Both the position numbers and the translations under genes were made by a program. A DNA stretch of 64,000 bases from an uncultured Rhodospirillaceae bacterium (GTDB lineage: Bacteria; Pseudomonadota; Alphaproteobacteria; UBA7887), in the NCBI GenBank assembly GCA_964408735.1, contig CAYPAX010000008.1:2025-66024 (forward strand). Reading direction: 5' to 3'. Positions within the stretch are counted from its first letter, which is position 1. The number at the start of each line of letters is the position of its first letter. Below are positions 39,706 to 48,406 of this stretch, piece after piece. The notes under the pieces are model-generated. The model made no database searches. It saw only the letters and a list, made by a program, of their open reading frames with translations, and had not been told where the DNA came from.

Positions 39706-40863
39706 ATGAGCTGGAGCCACCGCGACCGCGTCCTTGCCGCGATCAACCACGAGGAGCCCGACCGGGTTCCCATCGATCTCGCCGCCGCCGGCGCCACGGG
39801 CATCACCATCGATGCCTATGACGCCCTCAAGGCGCATCTCGGCCTGGAGCACGAGAGCGTGATGATGTCGAAGCTCAACCAGCTCGCCGCGCCGGACGAG
39901 ACGGTGCTCGAGCGCTTCGGCGTCGATACCCGCCCGGTCATGGCGCACGGGCGCCGCGGCGGCAAAGGCCACTGGGTCGACGAGCTGACCTATATCGACC
40001 ATTTCGGCGTCACCTTCAAAGGCACCGTCGGCACGGCGGACAAGCATTTCCTCTACAAGGACGGCCCGCTCTGCGGCGGCAAGCTGACCATCGACCGCAT
40101 CGACGAGATGGAATGGCCGGACCCCGAAGATCCGCTGATGTCCGCGGGCATCAAGGAGCGGGTCGCCGCCTACAAGGCGCAGGGCGACTACTGCCTGGTC
40201 TTCAACGTGCCCGATCAGGTCATCCATCGCGCCTACGGCCTGCGCGGCATGGAGGCCTTCCTGATGGATCTGTTCAAGGCGCCGGAAGCGGCGTGTTATC
40301 TCATGGACCGCCTGGCCGACTACAACATCAAGGCCTCGGAGAAGATGATCCGCGAGGCCGGGCCGGAGAACATCGACGTGATCTTCTTCGGCGAGGATCT
40401 CGGCACCCAGAACGGCTGCATGTTCGACCCCGACGCGACCTATGGCCGCATGATCAAGCCGCGCCACGAGCGCATCATCCAGACGCTGAAGGGCCTGACG
40501 GGCGGCAAGTCGCTGTTCCACTGCTGCGGCTCCGCCTATCTCTTCATCGAGCATCTGATCGATATCGGCGTCGATATCCTCAATCCCGTCCAGGTGGCGG
40601 CGAAGAACATGGAGGTCGAGCGCCTCAAGGGCGAGTTCGGCACCCGCATGGCTTTCTGGGGCGGCATCAACACGCAAGCGACCCTGCCCCAGGGCACGCC
40701 CGAGGAGGTCATCGCCGAGACCCGCCACGTCATCGATGTCCTCGGCAAGGGCGGCGGCTACGTGCTCAACGCGGTGCACAACATCCAGCCCGAGGTGCCG
40801 CCGGAAAACGTCGTCGCCATGTACGACACCGGGCTCGCGCACCGCTACCTGGTGCCGGCCTGA
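39706..40863 (+). CDS. Uroporphyrinogen decarboxylase (URO-D) family methyltransferase (MtaA/MtbA-like methylcobamide methyltransferase)
   Basis: 385 aa. N-terminus MSWSHRDRVLAAINHEEPDRVPIDL. URO-D/MtaA fold. AAGGGGA Shine-Dalgarno. Confidence 0.8.
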   Translation: MSWSHRDRVLAAINHEEPDRVPIDLAAAGATGITIDAYDALKAHLGLEHESVMMSKLNQLAAPDETVLERFGVDTRPVMAHGRRGGKGHWVDELTYIDHFGVTFKGTVGTADKHFLYKDGPLCGGKLTIDRIDEMEWPDPEDPLMSAGIKERVAAYKAQGDYCLVFNVPDQVIHRAYGLRGMEAFLMDLFKAPEAACYLMDRLADYNIKASEKMIREAGPENIDVIFFGEDLGTQNGCMFDPDATYGRMIKPRHERIIQTLKGLTGGKSLFHCCGSAYLFIEHLIDIGVDILNPVQVAAKNMEVERLKGEFGTRMAFWGGINTQATLPQGTPEEVIAETRHVIDVLGKGGGYVLNAVHNIQPEVPPENVVAMYDTGLAHRYLVPA

Positions 40864-40864
40864 C

Positions 40865-41461
40865 ATGACCGAGCCGCCGCGCACCCTGTTGATCACCTGC
40901 GGTGCCCTGGCCGCGGAGGTCGTTGCCCTGGTGCGCGACAACGGCTGGGACAGCATGAAGGTCAAATGCCTGCCGGCGCATATCCACAATACGCCGGAGC
41001 TGATACCCGACGGCGTGCGCAGGCTGATCCATGCCGGGCGCGAGGATTTCGAGCAGATCCTGGTGTTGTTCGCCGATTGCGGCACCGGCGGCAAGCTCGA
41101 CGAGGTGATTGCGGAAGAAGGCGTGGCGCGCATCGGCGGCAGCCACTGCTACGAGGTCTACGCCGGGCCTGAGGCGTATGCCGAGCTGATGCGGGACGAG
41201 CCGGGCAGTTTCTTCCTGACCGACTTCCTGGCCCGCCACTTCGAGCGCCTTGTCGTCAAGGGCCTGGCGCTCGATCGCCATCCGAAGCTGCGCGACATCT
41301 ATTTCGGCAAATACCGCAAGCTGGTCTATCTGAGCCAGAACGAGACCCCGGAATTGCGCGCCAGGGCCGAAGCCGCTGCCGAGACGCTGGGTCTCGCTTT
41401 CGAGGCGCGCCCGACCGGCTATGGCGGCTATCAGGAGTTCCTCGAAACCCACCAAGCATGA
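40865..41461 (+). CDS. DUF1638-like protein
   Basis: 198 aa (MTEPPRTLLITCGALAAEVVAL...). Starts 1 nt after the upstream stop. This family is often linked to corrinoid methyltransferase loci (recalled from memory). Confidence 0.55.
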   Translation: MTEPPRTLLITCGALAAEVVALVRDNGWDSMKVKCLPAHIHNTPELIPDGVRRLIHAGREDFEQILVLFADCGTGGKLDEVIAEEGVARIGGSHCYEVYAGPEAYAELMRDEPGSFFLTDFLARHFERLVVKGLALDRHPKLRDIYFGKYRKLVYLSQNETPELRARAEAAAETLGLAFEARPTGYGGYQEFLETHQA

Positions 41462-41471
41462 GGTGCCGACC

Positions 41472-42608
41472 ATGACCGGCTTCAGCCATCGGGATCGTGT
41501 TCTTGCCGCCCTCGACCACGAGCCGACCGATCGCGTGCCGATCGACTTCGGCGGCACCTTCGTCTCGACGATCTGGTATTCGGCCTATGAGAAGCTGAAG
41601 CAGGAGCTCGGCATCGCCACCACGGTCAAGGCCGCCAATGTCTCGCCCGTGCGCCGCCTGGCGGTGGTCGAGCCCGAGGTCCAGGACCGCTTCGACGTGG
41701 ACACCCGCTATCTCGCCCTCGGCCAATACGAGGGCGACCAAAAGGTCATCGACGAGGACACCTATTTCGACGAGTGGGGCGTGACCTGGCGCAAGTCGGG
41801 CGAGGGCCCCTATCTCTATGTCAACGGCCCCTTCTTCGGCATCAAGAAGCCCGATATCGCCCTGCTCGACGACTACGACTGGCCCGATCCCGACAACCCC
41901 GGCTATACCCGCGGCCTGGCCGAGCGCGCGGCGGCGCTGAGAAAGAACAGCGATCACGCCATCATTCTCAACATGCCCGTCGGCATCGTCCACAACGCCC
42001 AGTTCGTGCGCGGCTTCGCCGAGTCGCTCACCGACCTCTACAAGAACCGCGCCTTCCTCGAGCGCCTCTACGGCATCCTCACCGACTGGTATGTGAGGGT
42101 GGCAAGCAATGCCCTGGAGGCGGTCGGCGACAATGTCGACATCGTCTTCATGGGCGACGATCTGGCCTCGCAGCAGGCGACCATGTTCGACCCCGAGATC
42201 TACCGCGCCATGATCAAGCCCCACCAGCGCCGCATCATGGAGTGCGTCAAGAGCTACGGTCAGCCAAAAATTCTCTATCACAGCTGCGGTGCGGTGGCGC
42301 CGCTGATCGAGGATCTTATCGAGATCGGCGTCGATGCGCTCAATCCCGTGCAGGTCACGGCCAAGGGCATGGAGCCGGCGGGCCTCAAGGAAGCCTACGG
42401 CGACCGCCTCGCCTTCTGGGGCGGCATCAGCACCCAGAAGGCCCTGCCCTTCGGCACGCCCGACGAGGTGCGCGCCGATGTGCGCCATATCATCGATTGC
42501 CTCGGCAAGGACGGCGGCTACGTGCTCAACAGCGTGCACAACCTGCAAAGCGACGTGCCGCCGAAAAACATCATCGCCATGTTCGACGAAGCGCGGGTGT
42601 ACTGCTAG
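41472..42608 (+). CDS. Second URO-D family methyltransferase paralogue (MtaA-like)
   Basis: 378 aa. N-terminus MTGFSHRDRVLAALDHEPTDRVPIDF parallels the first paralogue. GAGG Shine-Dalgarno. Confidence 0.8.
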   Translation: MTGFSHRDRVLAALDHEPTDRVPIDFGGTFVSTIWYSAYEKLKQELGIATTVKAANVSPVRRLAVVEPEVQDRFDVDTRYLALGQYEGDQKVIDEDTYFDEWGVTWRKSGEGPYLYVNGPFFGIKKPDIALLDDYDWPDPDNPGYTRGLAERAAALRKNSDHAIILNMPVGIVHNAQFVRGFAESLTDLYKNRAFLERLYGILTDWYVRVASNALEAVGDNVDIVFMGDDLASQQATMFDPEIYRAMIKPHQRRIMECVKSYGQPKILYHSCGAVAPLIEDLIEIGVDALNPVQVTAKGMEPAGLKEAYGDRLAFWGGISTQKALPFGTPDEVRADVRHIIDCLGKDGGYVLNSVHNLQSDVPPKNIIAMFDEARVYC

Positions 42609-42704
42609 GCGGCACTATCCGGGGCACATGGCGCGTGGTTTGACTCGCGCCGGCGGGGCCGGCGTGGCAAACTGGCGGTTGTGCGCAACGACCCGGGGGG
42701 CGAG

Positions 42705-45700
42705 ATGAGCGCTGACGAAGGCCAGAGGAAGCTGGCGGCGATATTGGCGGCCGATGCGGCCGGCTATTCGCGGCTGATGGCCGAGGACGACCGCGCGACG
42801 GTGGCGGCGGTCAAGCAGGCGCGCGAGGTCTTCCGTGAGCGTATCGAGGCCCATGGCGGGCGGCTCGTGGATACCGCCGGCGACAGCGTGCTGGCCGAGT
42901 TCCGCAGCGATGTCGAGGCGGTGCAGTGCGCCGTCGAGGTGCAGGATAAGCTCAAAGAGATCAACGCCCCCGTCGCCGACGATCGCCGCATGCTGTTCCG
43001 CATCGGCGTCAACACCGGCGATGTCATCGAGGAGGCCGACGGCACGCTGTATGGCGACGGCGTCAACGTCGCCGCGCGCCTGGAGGGCCTGGCCGAGCCC
43101 GGCAGCATCAACATCTCCGCCCGCGTCCACGACGATGTCGAAGGCAAGGTGGATGTCGGTTTCGTCGATATCGGCGAGCACGAGGTCAAGAACATCGCCC
43201 GGCCCGTGCGGGCCTATCGCGTGGTGGCGTCGGGGAGTGAGAAGGCTTCGGCGCCCAGCGTCAGCTCGCGCAAACGTCTGGGAGTCATCGCGGCTGCCTT
43301 GGCGGGGGTCATCGTGCTTGCAGGAATTGTGTGGTGGCAAACGGGGAGCCCGGAACCATCGCCTATGTTGACAGCGGATGGGGTTCCGACAGAGAGCCCG
43401 GCGCTTGCAATGCCGACAGGCCCCGCGATTGCCGTTCTTCCTTTCGACAATTTCAGCGGCGACGCGGACCAGGATTACTTTGCCAATGGCTTGACCGAAA
43501 ATATCATCACGGCCCTGTCGCATTTCCAAGGCATTCGCGTTATCGCGCGGAACTCGACATTCAAGTATCAAGGAAGAGCGGTCGACGTTCGCGAGGTGGC
43601 CTCCGACCTGGGTGCCGACTATGTGCTGGAAGGGAGCGTGAGGCGCACAGCGGAAAGCATTCGTGTCACGGTTCAGCTCCTGGACCCAGTAGACGGCTCC
43701 CACATATGGGCGAAGAAATACGACCGGATAGCAGACGCGGCCCAGCTCTTCGCCGCGCAGGATGAAATTACAGATCACGTAGCGGCAGCTATAGCAGGTG
43801 TCGCGGGCGTGATCGTTGGTCGCGAGCTGGGAGAAATGGAGCGAAGAGCTCCGGGATCACTTTTCGTCTATGACTGCGTTTTATTAGCACAGCATGCAAT
43901 GCATGTTACCAGTGACGAGAACCATCGACGGGCAAAGACATGCCTTAAGGAGGCTATAGCATCCGACCCGAGTTCTGCGGATGCTTGGGCTGCGCTCGCC
44001 AATCTCTACGAAGGAGAGCTGTACGGTATCGACCCCGAACCCGACGCTGGCGATCCCGTCGATCGCATGATCGATGCCGCGAGGAAGGCGTTGGAATTCC
44101 AACCGCGACATCCTTGGGCACTGTATGTCTTGGCGTCTGCACATTTCTGGCGCCAGGACCGTGAGGCCTTCTTCCGAACAGCGAAAGAGGCGATTGCGGC
44201 CAACCCGAATGATGCTACCACTATCCAAGTGCTGGGAGACAAGTTCTCGTTTATGGGGGATTCGGAAACGGCTCTTGCATTGGTTAAGAAGGCAGTTGCG
44301 TTGACACCAGACCCGCCGCCAACTTACTGGATGACATTCACGGTGGAGCACTACGGTCGGCGGGAGTATGAGGCGGCCTTGAAATACGCAAAACGCGCCG
44401 AAACTCCTGGATACTTCTGGAGTTATCTTCAGCTAGCCATGGTCCAGGGTCAGCTTGGGAACCTCGAAGAGGGTCGTGATGCGGCTACGAAGATGCGTGA
44501 ACTCAATCCCGAGATGGCTGATAGGGATGCCGTGTGGGCTGAGTTTCAGTTTTGGGCCTTCGGCGATGACGCGAAGGCGCATCACTGGATGGAGGGCCTC
44601 GAAAAAGCCGGCCTCTTCGACGAGCCCGAAGCCCCCTCCCGCCCCGTGATTGCCGTGCTGCCGTTCGACAATCTCTCCGGCGATCCTAGCCAGGAGTATT
44701 TCGCCGACGGCATCACCGAGGACATCATCACGCGTCTGGCGCAATACCCGGACATTCTCGTGCTGGGGCGCAACACGACCTTCCAGTTCAAGGGCCAGGC
44801 CGTGGACATCCCGGCCATCGCCGAAAAGCTCGGCGCCGACTACGTGGTCGAGGGCAGCATCCGCCGCGGCGGCAATACGGTGAGGGTGACGGCGCAGTTG
44901 CTGGGTGCGGAGGGTGGGACGCACGTCTGGGCAGAGACGTATGACAGGGCACTTGATCCAGAAAATTTGTTCACCATGCAGGACAAGATCACAAGTGCAA
45001 TCGCAAGCCGCATCGGCGACTATTACGGTGCGATCGGCGAGGCCGAGTTCCAGCGCACGATTAAACAGGCCCCTGATCACCTGTCGTCATACGAATGCGT
45101 CCTTCGATTTTTCGAGTACGGCAGGATGCTCTCACCCGATACGCATCGCGTGGCGATCGATTGCCTTGAGGCGGTGGTCGAAGTTGAGCCCGATTACGCA
45201 GAGGCGATGGCGTTTCTTGTTGAAGTATATTTGGACGATGTCGCGTTCGGCTTCGGCGCCTCACCAAACTCTTCCGTGCAAAGAGCCCTCGAGCTCGCTC
45301 AGCGGGCTGTTGCAATCGAGTCTGACAGCGGCTCAGCGCTAATCCGTTTAGCGCGTGCTTATTACCTTAACGGGGATGTCGAGCGCGCCTACCGGGCAAC
45401 GGAAAAGTCGCTTGAGCTTGAGCCCAATAGTGTAGACGTGATTGCCGTCGCCAGTGACATCTTGGTGCGGATTGGAAAGTTTGAACGCGGCTTCGAGATG
45501 TTGGAGCTTGTGCAACAGCTGAATCCGAACTATCCGCCATGGATGAACTGGGATATCGCAATTGTCCATATGGCTCGCGGCGAATACACCGAAGCCATCG
45601 CGCGGCTCGAACAGACACAGATGGACTGGCAGTACTGGACACCCGCTTTCATCGCAGCGGCGCATTGTCAAAACGGTGACATTGAGAGTCGCCGAAAGTC

Positions 45701-45881
45701 GCTGGAGACGGCATTGCAGCTTAATCCCGATCTTGCCGACGTCTATTGGCGGGATTTCTACTTTTGGAACAAAGGCCCAGATGTGAGGCCGATGGTTGAG
45801 GCTGTTGCATCCGGCCTCGAAGCCTGCGGCTGGGATGTGCCGCCCGATCCCGGCCGCGAGGCGTTCGCCGGCCAGGACTAG
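42705..45881 (+). CDS. Class III adenylate cyclase with transmembrane segment and duplicated TolB-N-like + TPR modules
   Basis: Cyclase domain at the N-terminus (KLAAILAADAAGYSRLM...GVNVAARLE). Transmembrane helix. Two paralogous modules begin AIAVLPFDNFSGD (nt ~43426) and VIAVLPFDNLSGD (nt ~44641). Start is ATG 42705, or GTG 42681. Confidence 0.85.
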   Translation: MSADEGQRKLAAILAADAAGYSRLMAEDDRATVAAVKQAREVFRERIEAHGGRLVDTAGDSVLAEFRSDVEAVQCAVEVQDKLKEINAPVADDRRMLFRIGVNTGDVIEEADGTLYGDGVNVAARLEGLAEPGSINISARVHDDVEGKVDVGFVDIGEHEVKNIARPVRAYRVVASGSEKASAPSVSSRKRLGVIAAALAGVIVLAGIVWWQTGSPEPSPMLTADGVPTESPALAMPTGPAIAVLPFDNFSGDADQDYFANGLTENIITALSHFQGIRVIARNSTFKYQGRAVDVREVASDLGADYVLEGSVRRTAESIRVTVQLLDPVDGSHIWAKKYDRIADAAQLFAAQDEITDHVAAAIAGVAGVIVGRELGEMERRAPGSLFVYDCVLLAQHAMHVTSDENHRRAKTCLKEAIASDPSSADAWAALANLYEGELYGIDPEPDAGDPVDRMIDAARKALEFQPRHPWALYVLASAHFWRQDREAFFRTAKEAIAANPNDATTIQVLGDKFSFMGDSETALALVKKAVALTPDPPPTYWMTFTVEHYGRREYEAALKYAKRAETPGYFWSYLQLAMVQGQLGNLEEGRDAATKMRELNPEMADRDAVWAEFQFWAFGDDAKAHHWMEGLEKAGLFDEPEAPSRPVIAVLPFDNLSGDPSQEYFADGITEDIITRLAQYPDILVLGRNTTFQFKGQAVDIPAIAEKLGADYVVEGSIRRGGNTVRVTAQLLGAEGGTHVWAETYDRALDPENLFTMQDKITSAIASRIGDYYGAIGEAEFQRTIKQAPDHLSSYECVLRFFEYGRMLSPDTHRVAIDCLEAVVEVEPDYAEAMAFLVEVYLDDVAFGFGASPNSSVQRALELAQRAVAIESDSGSALIRLARAYYLNGDVERAYRATEKSLELEPNSVDVIAVASDILVRIGKFERGFEMLELVQQLNPNYPPWMNWDIAIVHMARGEYTEAIARLEQTQMDWQYWTPAFIAAAHCQNGDIESRRKSLETALQLNPDLADVYWRDFYFWNKGPDVRPMVEAVASGLEACGWDVPPDPGREAFAGQD

Positions 45882-46195
45882 ATAGCCACCACCCGCTGCA
45901 CCGTCCAGCGCGGGGTGCCGGAGACGATGTGGGGCGCCAGCGCCTTGGCCCAGGCCGCCTGGTCCTCGGCCTCGGCCAGGCGTTCCCAGGCCTCGTCGAG
46001 GGCGCTCAGGCTGGCCAGTTGGACCTCGACCTCGATGGCGGATTCCCGGGTGCCGACGGCGCCGGTGAGGATGCGCACCTGATTGGGCTGCCAGCCGATC
46101 TGTGGCGCGATCTCCAGCCACCAGCGGCGCATCGCCTCCAGCGCCTCGGCCTTGTGGCCGAAGCGGGCCTGGATCCGCCAGCGGGCGACGATCAT
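45878..46195 (-). CDS. Hypothetical protein (105 aa)
   Basis: MIVARWRIQARFGHKAEALEAMRRWW... ATG at 46193-46195 forms an ATGA overlap with the stop of the upstream deacetylase gene. Convergent 4-nt overlap with the cyclase gene. Confidence 0.45.
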   Translation of the reverse strand: MIVARWRIQARFGHKAEALEAMRRWWLEIAPQIGWQPNQVRILTGAVGTRESAIEVEVQLASLSALDEAWERLAEAEDQAAWAKALAPHIVSGTPRWTVQRVVAI

Positions 46196-47283
46196 GCCGC
46201 CACGCCTTCGAGCCGGGCCGCTGCCTCGTTCAGCAGCGCGGCCTGGTGCGGCTGCAAGGCCTGGCCGCCCAGGCTTTCGTACCAGCCGAGCATGGGGTCG
46301 GCGACGCTGGTGCGCCGGCTCGACAGCTCCTCGATGATCGCGAGGCCGCAGAACGGTGCGTAGCTCGGCGCATAGCCGCCCTCGTGGCAAAGCGCCAGGC
46401 GGCCGCCGCACAGCGCCTCGGCGGCCTGCATCAGGCGTCGCGTCATCTGGCGATACGTCTCGCTGTGGCACAGCATGCGCCCGAGGGGGTCGCCGACGCA
46501 GGCATCGAGGCCCGAGGCGACGACGATCAGCTCGGGCCGGAAGCGCTGCAGCGCCGGCAGCACCACCCGGTCCAAGGCGGCGAGGTAGGCGCCGTGGCCG
46601 CTGCCGGGCGGCAGGGGCAGGTTGAGAGCGAAACCCCGGCCCGCGCCCTTGCCGATGTCCTCGAGCGCGCCGCTGTCGGGCGGGTAGCAGCGCTCCTGGT
46701 GCAGGGAGATCGTCAGCACCGAGGGGTCGTCATAGAACGCGGCTTCCGTGCCGTTGCCGTGATGCACGTCCCAGTCGACCACCGCCACGCGCTCGATCCC
46801 GCGCACGGCCTGGGCATGGCGGACGGCGAGCACGACATTGCCGAAGACGCAGAAGCCGCGGCCGCTGTCGGCCTCGGCGTGGTGGCCGCAGGGGCGCACC
46901 AGGGCATAGGCGTTGTCGACGCGGCCCGTCAGCACCGCGTCCACCGCCTCGATGCAGCCGCCGGCCGCCAGCAGGGCGATGTCATAGCCGTTGGGACCGA
47001 TGCGCACGTTCTCGCCGACCATGCCGCCGTCGTCGGCACTTGCCAGACGCACGCGTTGCAGGTAGTCGGGCGTGTGAAAGCGCTTGAGCTCCGTCTCGCT
47101 CGCTTCCCGCACGGGGATCGGCACCAGGCTGTCGAGCAGGCCGCTCGCCGCGAGCAGGCTGTGGATGCGGCGCTTGCTTTCGGGGCGGTCGAGGGCCGGG
47201 TATGGCTCTGACCAGGGGCTTTGCGAGGCGCGCCCGGCATCGTGCCAGGCGAAGCGCTCGTGCCAGACGAATCCGGTACGCAT
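46192..47283 (-). CDS. Histone deacetylase-family protein (acetoin utilization AcuC / acetylpolyamine amidohydrolase-like)
   Basis: Start MRTGFVWHERF at 47281-47283. Arginase/deacetylase motifs (VDWDVHHGNGTE, catalytic His-His, GGY at the C-terminus). Confidence 0.85.
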   Translation of the reverse strand: MRTGFVWHERFAWHDAGRASQSPWSEPYPALDRPESKRRIHSLLAASGLLDSLVPIPVREASETELKRFHTPDYLQRVRLASADDGGMVGENVRIGPNGYDIALLAAGGCIEAVDAVLTGRVDNAYALVRPCGHHAEADSGRGFCVFGNVVLAVRHAQAVRGIERVAVVDWDVHHGNGTEAAFYDDPSVLTISLHQERCYPPDSGALEDIGKGAGRGFALNLPLPPGSGHGAYLAALDRVVLPALQRFRPELIVVASGLDACVGDPLGRMLCHSETYRQMTRRLMQAAEALCGGRLALCHEGGYAPSYAPFCGLAIIEELSSRRTSVADPMLGWYESLGGQALQPHQAALLNEAAARLEGVAA

Positions 47284-47290
47284 GGCGGGC

Positions 47291-47539
47291 CTACAGCCGG
47301 GCTTCGAGGACGAGGTTGAAGGGCGTCTCGGTGGCGCGCTGGAAGCGCTTGAAGCCGGCCTTGGCGAAGATGTCGGCAAGCCGCGCGTGGCCTGCCTGGG
47401 CACCGAGTGCCAGCCGCTTGAGCCACTTCACGACCGCCCTCAGCCACATCATGACCGTCGTGAGCCCAGACACGACCGTCTTCGCGACAACATCGCTTGC
47501 CGTCTTGGGTGCCCTCATGAGGGTGGTCGCGGCGCCCAT
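47291..47539 (-). CDS. Hypothetical small protein (82 aa), amphipathic-helical
   Basis: ATGA-coupled to the upstream 60-aa ORF. AGGCGG Shine-Dalgarno-like. Weak evidence only. Confidence 0.3.
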   Translation of the reverse strand: MGAATTLMRAPKTASDVVAKTVVSGLTTVMMWLRAVVKWLKRLALGAQAGHARLADIFAKAGFKRFQRATETPFNLVLEARL

Positions 47540-47721
47540 CAGTAACCGCCTGTCTTCTTGCGATGCTCGGCGATGATCCTGTCGGCCTCGGTGCCGAGGT
47601 ACTGAAGCTTCCCCTGCTCGAAGCGCATGGTCACTCGTCCCGACCGGTAGGCCGCGTGAAGCTCCTCTTGTAGCCGGTCACGCGGATACGTGACCTGGAA
47701 TATTCCGTTGACGTAAGGCAT
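47539..47721 (-). CDS. Hypothetical small protein (60 aa)
   Basis: MPYVNGIFQVTYPRDRLQEELHAAYRSGRVTMRFEQGKLQYLGTEADRIIAEHRKKTGGY. Strong AGGAGA Shine-Dalgarno 9 nt upstream. The rest of the track ORF is junk. Confidence 0.35.
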   Translation of the reverse strand: MPYVNGIFQVTYPRDRLQEELHAAYRSGRVTMRFEQGKLQYLGTEADRIIAEHRKKTGGY

Positions 47722-47734
47722 GGTCGTTGGTCTC

Positions 47735-48406
47735 CTATATGTAGGTGTGTCTGGGCCGCAACTTGGCGACCTCGGCTTGAAGCTTCTCGATGTACTTGCC
47801 GAAGGCTTCGTCAACGATGCCTCGCCGCAGCTCCTGCTGTTGCTTCTCAAGTGCCCGGTCGAGCTTCCACTGGAGCCGCTGTTCGCTTTCATTGGTCTTG
47901 AACATCTGGGCCTCCATGCTGTTGGGGGTGATGCCCCCTTTGCGGAACGGGAGTTCGAATAGCTCCTCCAGCTTGAGACTCGCCTCCATCCGCAAGCTGT
48001 CTGCCTCGTCACCGATCAGGAACTGTGCGATGGACGAGACGGCCCACGCCAAGGCGTCGATGCGATCATCATGTGGGAGCGATCTGCCGTCTGCTGTGGC
48101 GTGGGTGATCTGTTTGATGGTCTCCATCGCGTTCGTACCGCTCACGACGCTCTCCAGGAGCACGAGACGATTGTCGGCAAGAGGAGTACTCAACGCGTCC
48201 AGTATGCGCTCGCCCTTCCGTGCCCCACTCTGGACCGGCTCGACGAGCATGGGATACCCGCGACGCGCCAAGACGCTGGCGACCTGACCTGGGAAGAGTG
48301 AGTCCGCTCTCGCCTCACAGACGATCTTCGACGGGTAGTAGCCGTGGACCAGTGCCGCGACCTTGGTCAGGCTGTCCTGGACAGACGTGCCCCGAATGCC
48401 GTCCAC
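47735..48406 (-). CDS. Phage-related protein, possible terminase large-subunit C-terminal (nuclease) fragment
   Basis: ...GRSLPHDDRIDALAWAVS... resembles the terminase RNaseH-like nuclease motif. Local GC is below the window average. Too short for an intact large terminase (TerL). Confidence 0.4.
   Translation of the reverse strand: MDGIRGTSVQDSLTKVAALVHGYYPSKIVCEARADSLFPGQVASVLARRGYPMLVEPVQSGARKGERILDALSTPLADNRLVLLESVVSGTNAMETIKQITHATADGRSLPHDDRIDALAWAVSSIAQFLIGDEADSLRMEASLKLEELFELPFRKGGITPNSMEAQMFKTNESEQRLQWKLDRALEKQQQELRRGIVDEAFGKYIEKLQAEVAKLRPRHTYI

Noticed and set aside
47290-47760. Search for a direct repeat of the tRNA-Gln 3' end (att site) at the far boundary of the low-GC islet
   Set aside because: No copy of 12 bp or more of TGGCTGGGGGACCTGGATTCGAACC or its complement was visible by eye in this interval. 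The islet boundary is therefore inferred only from composition and gene content.
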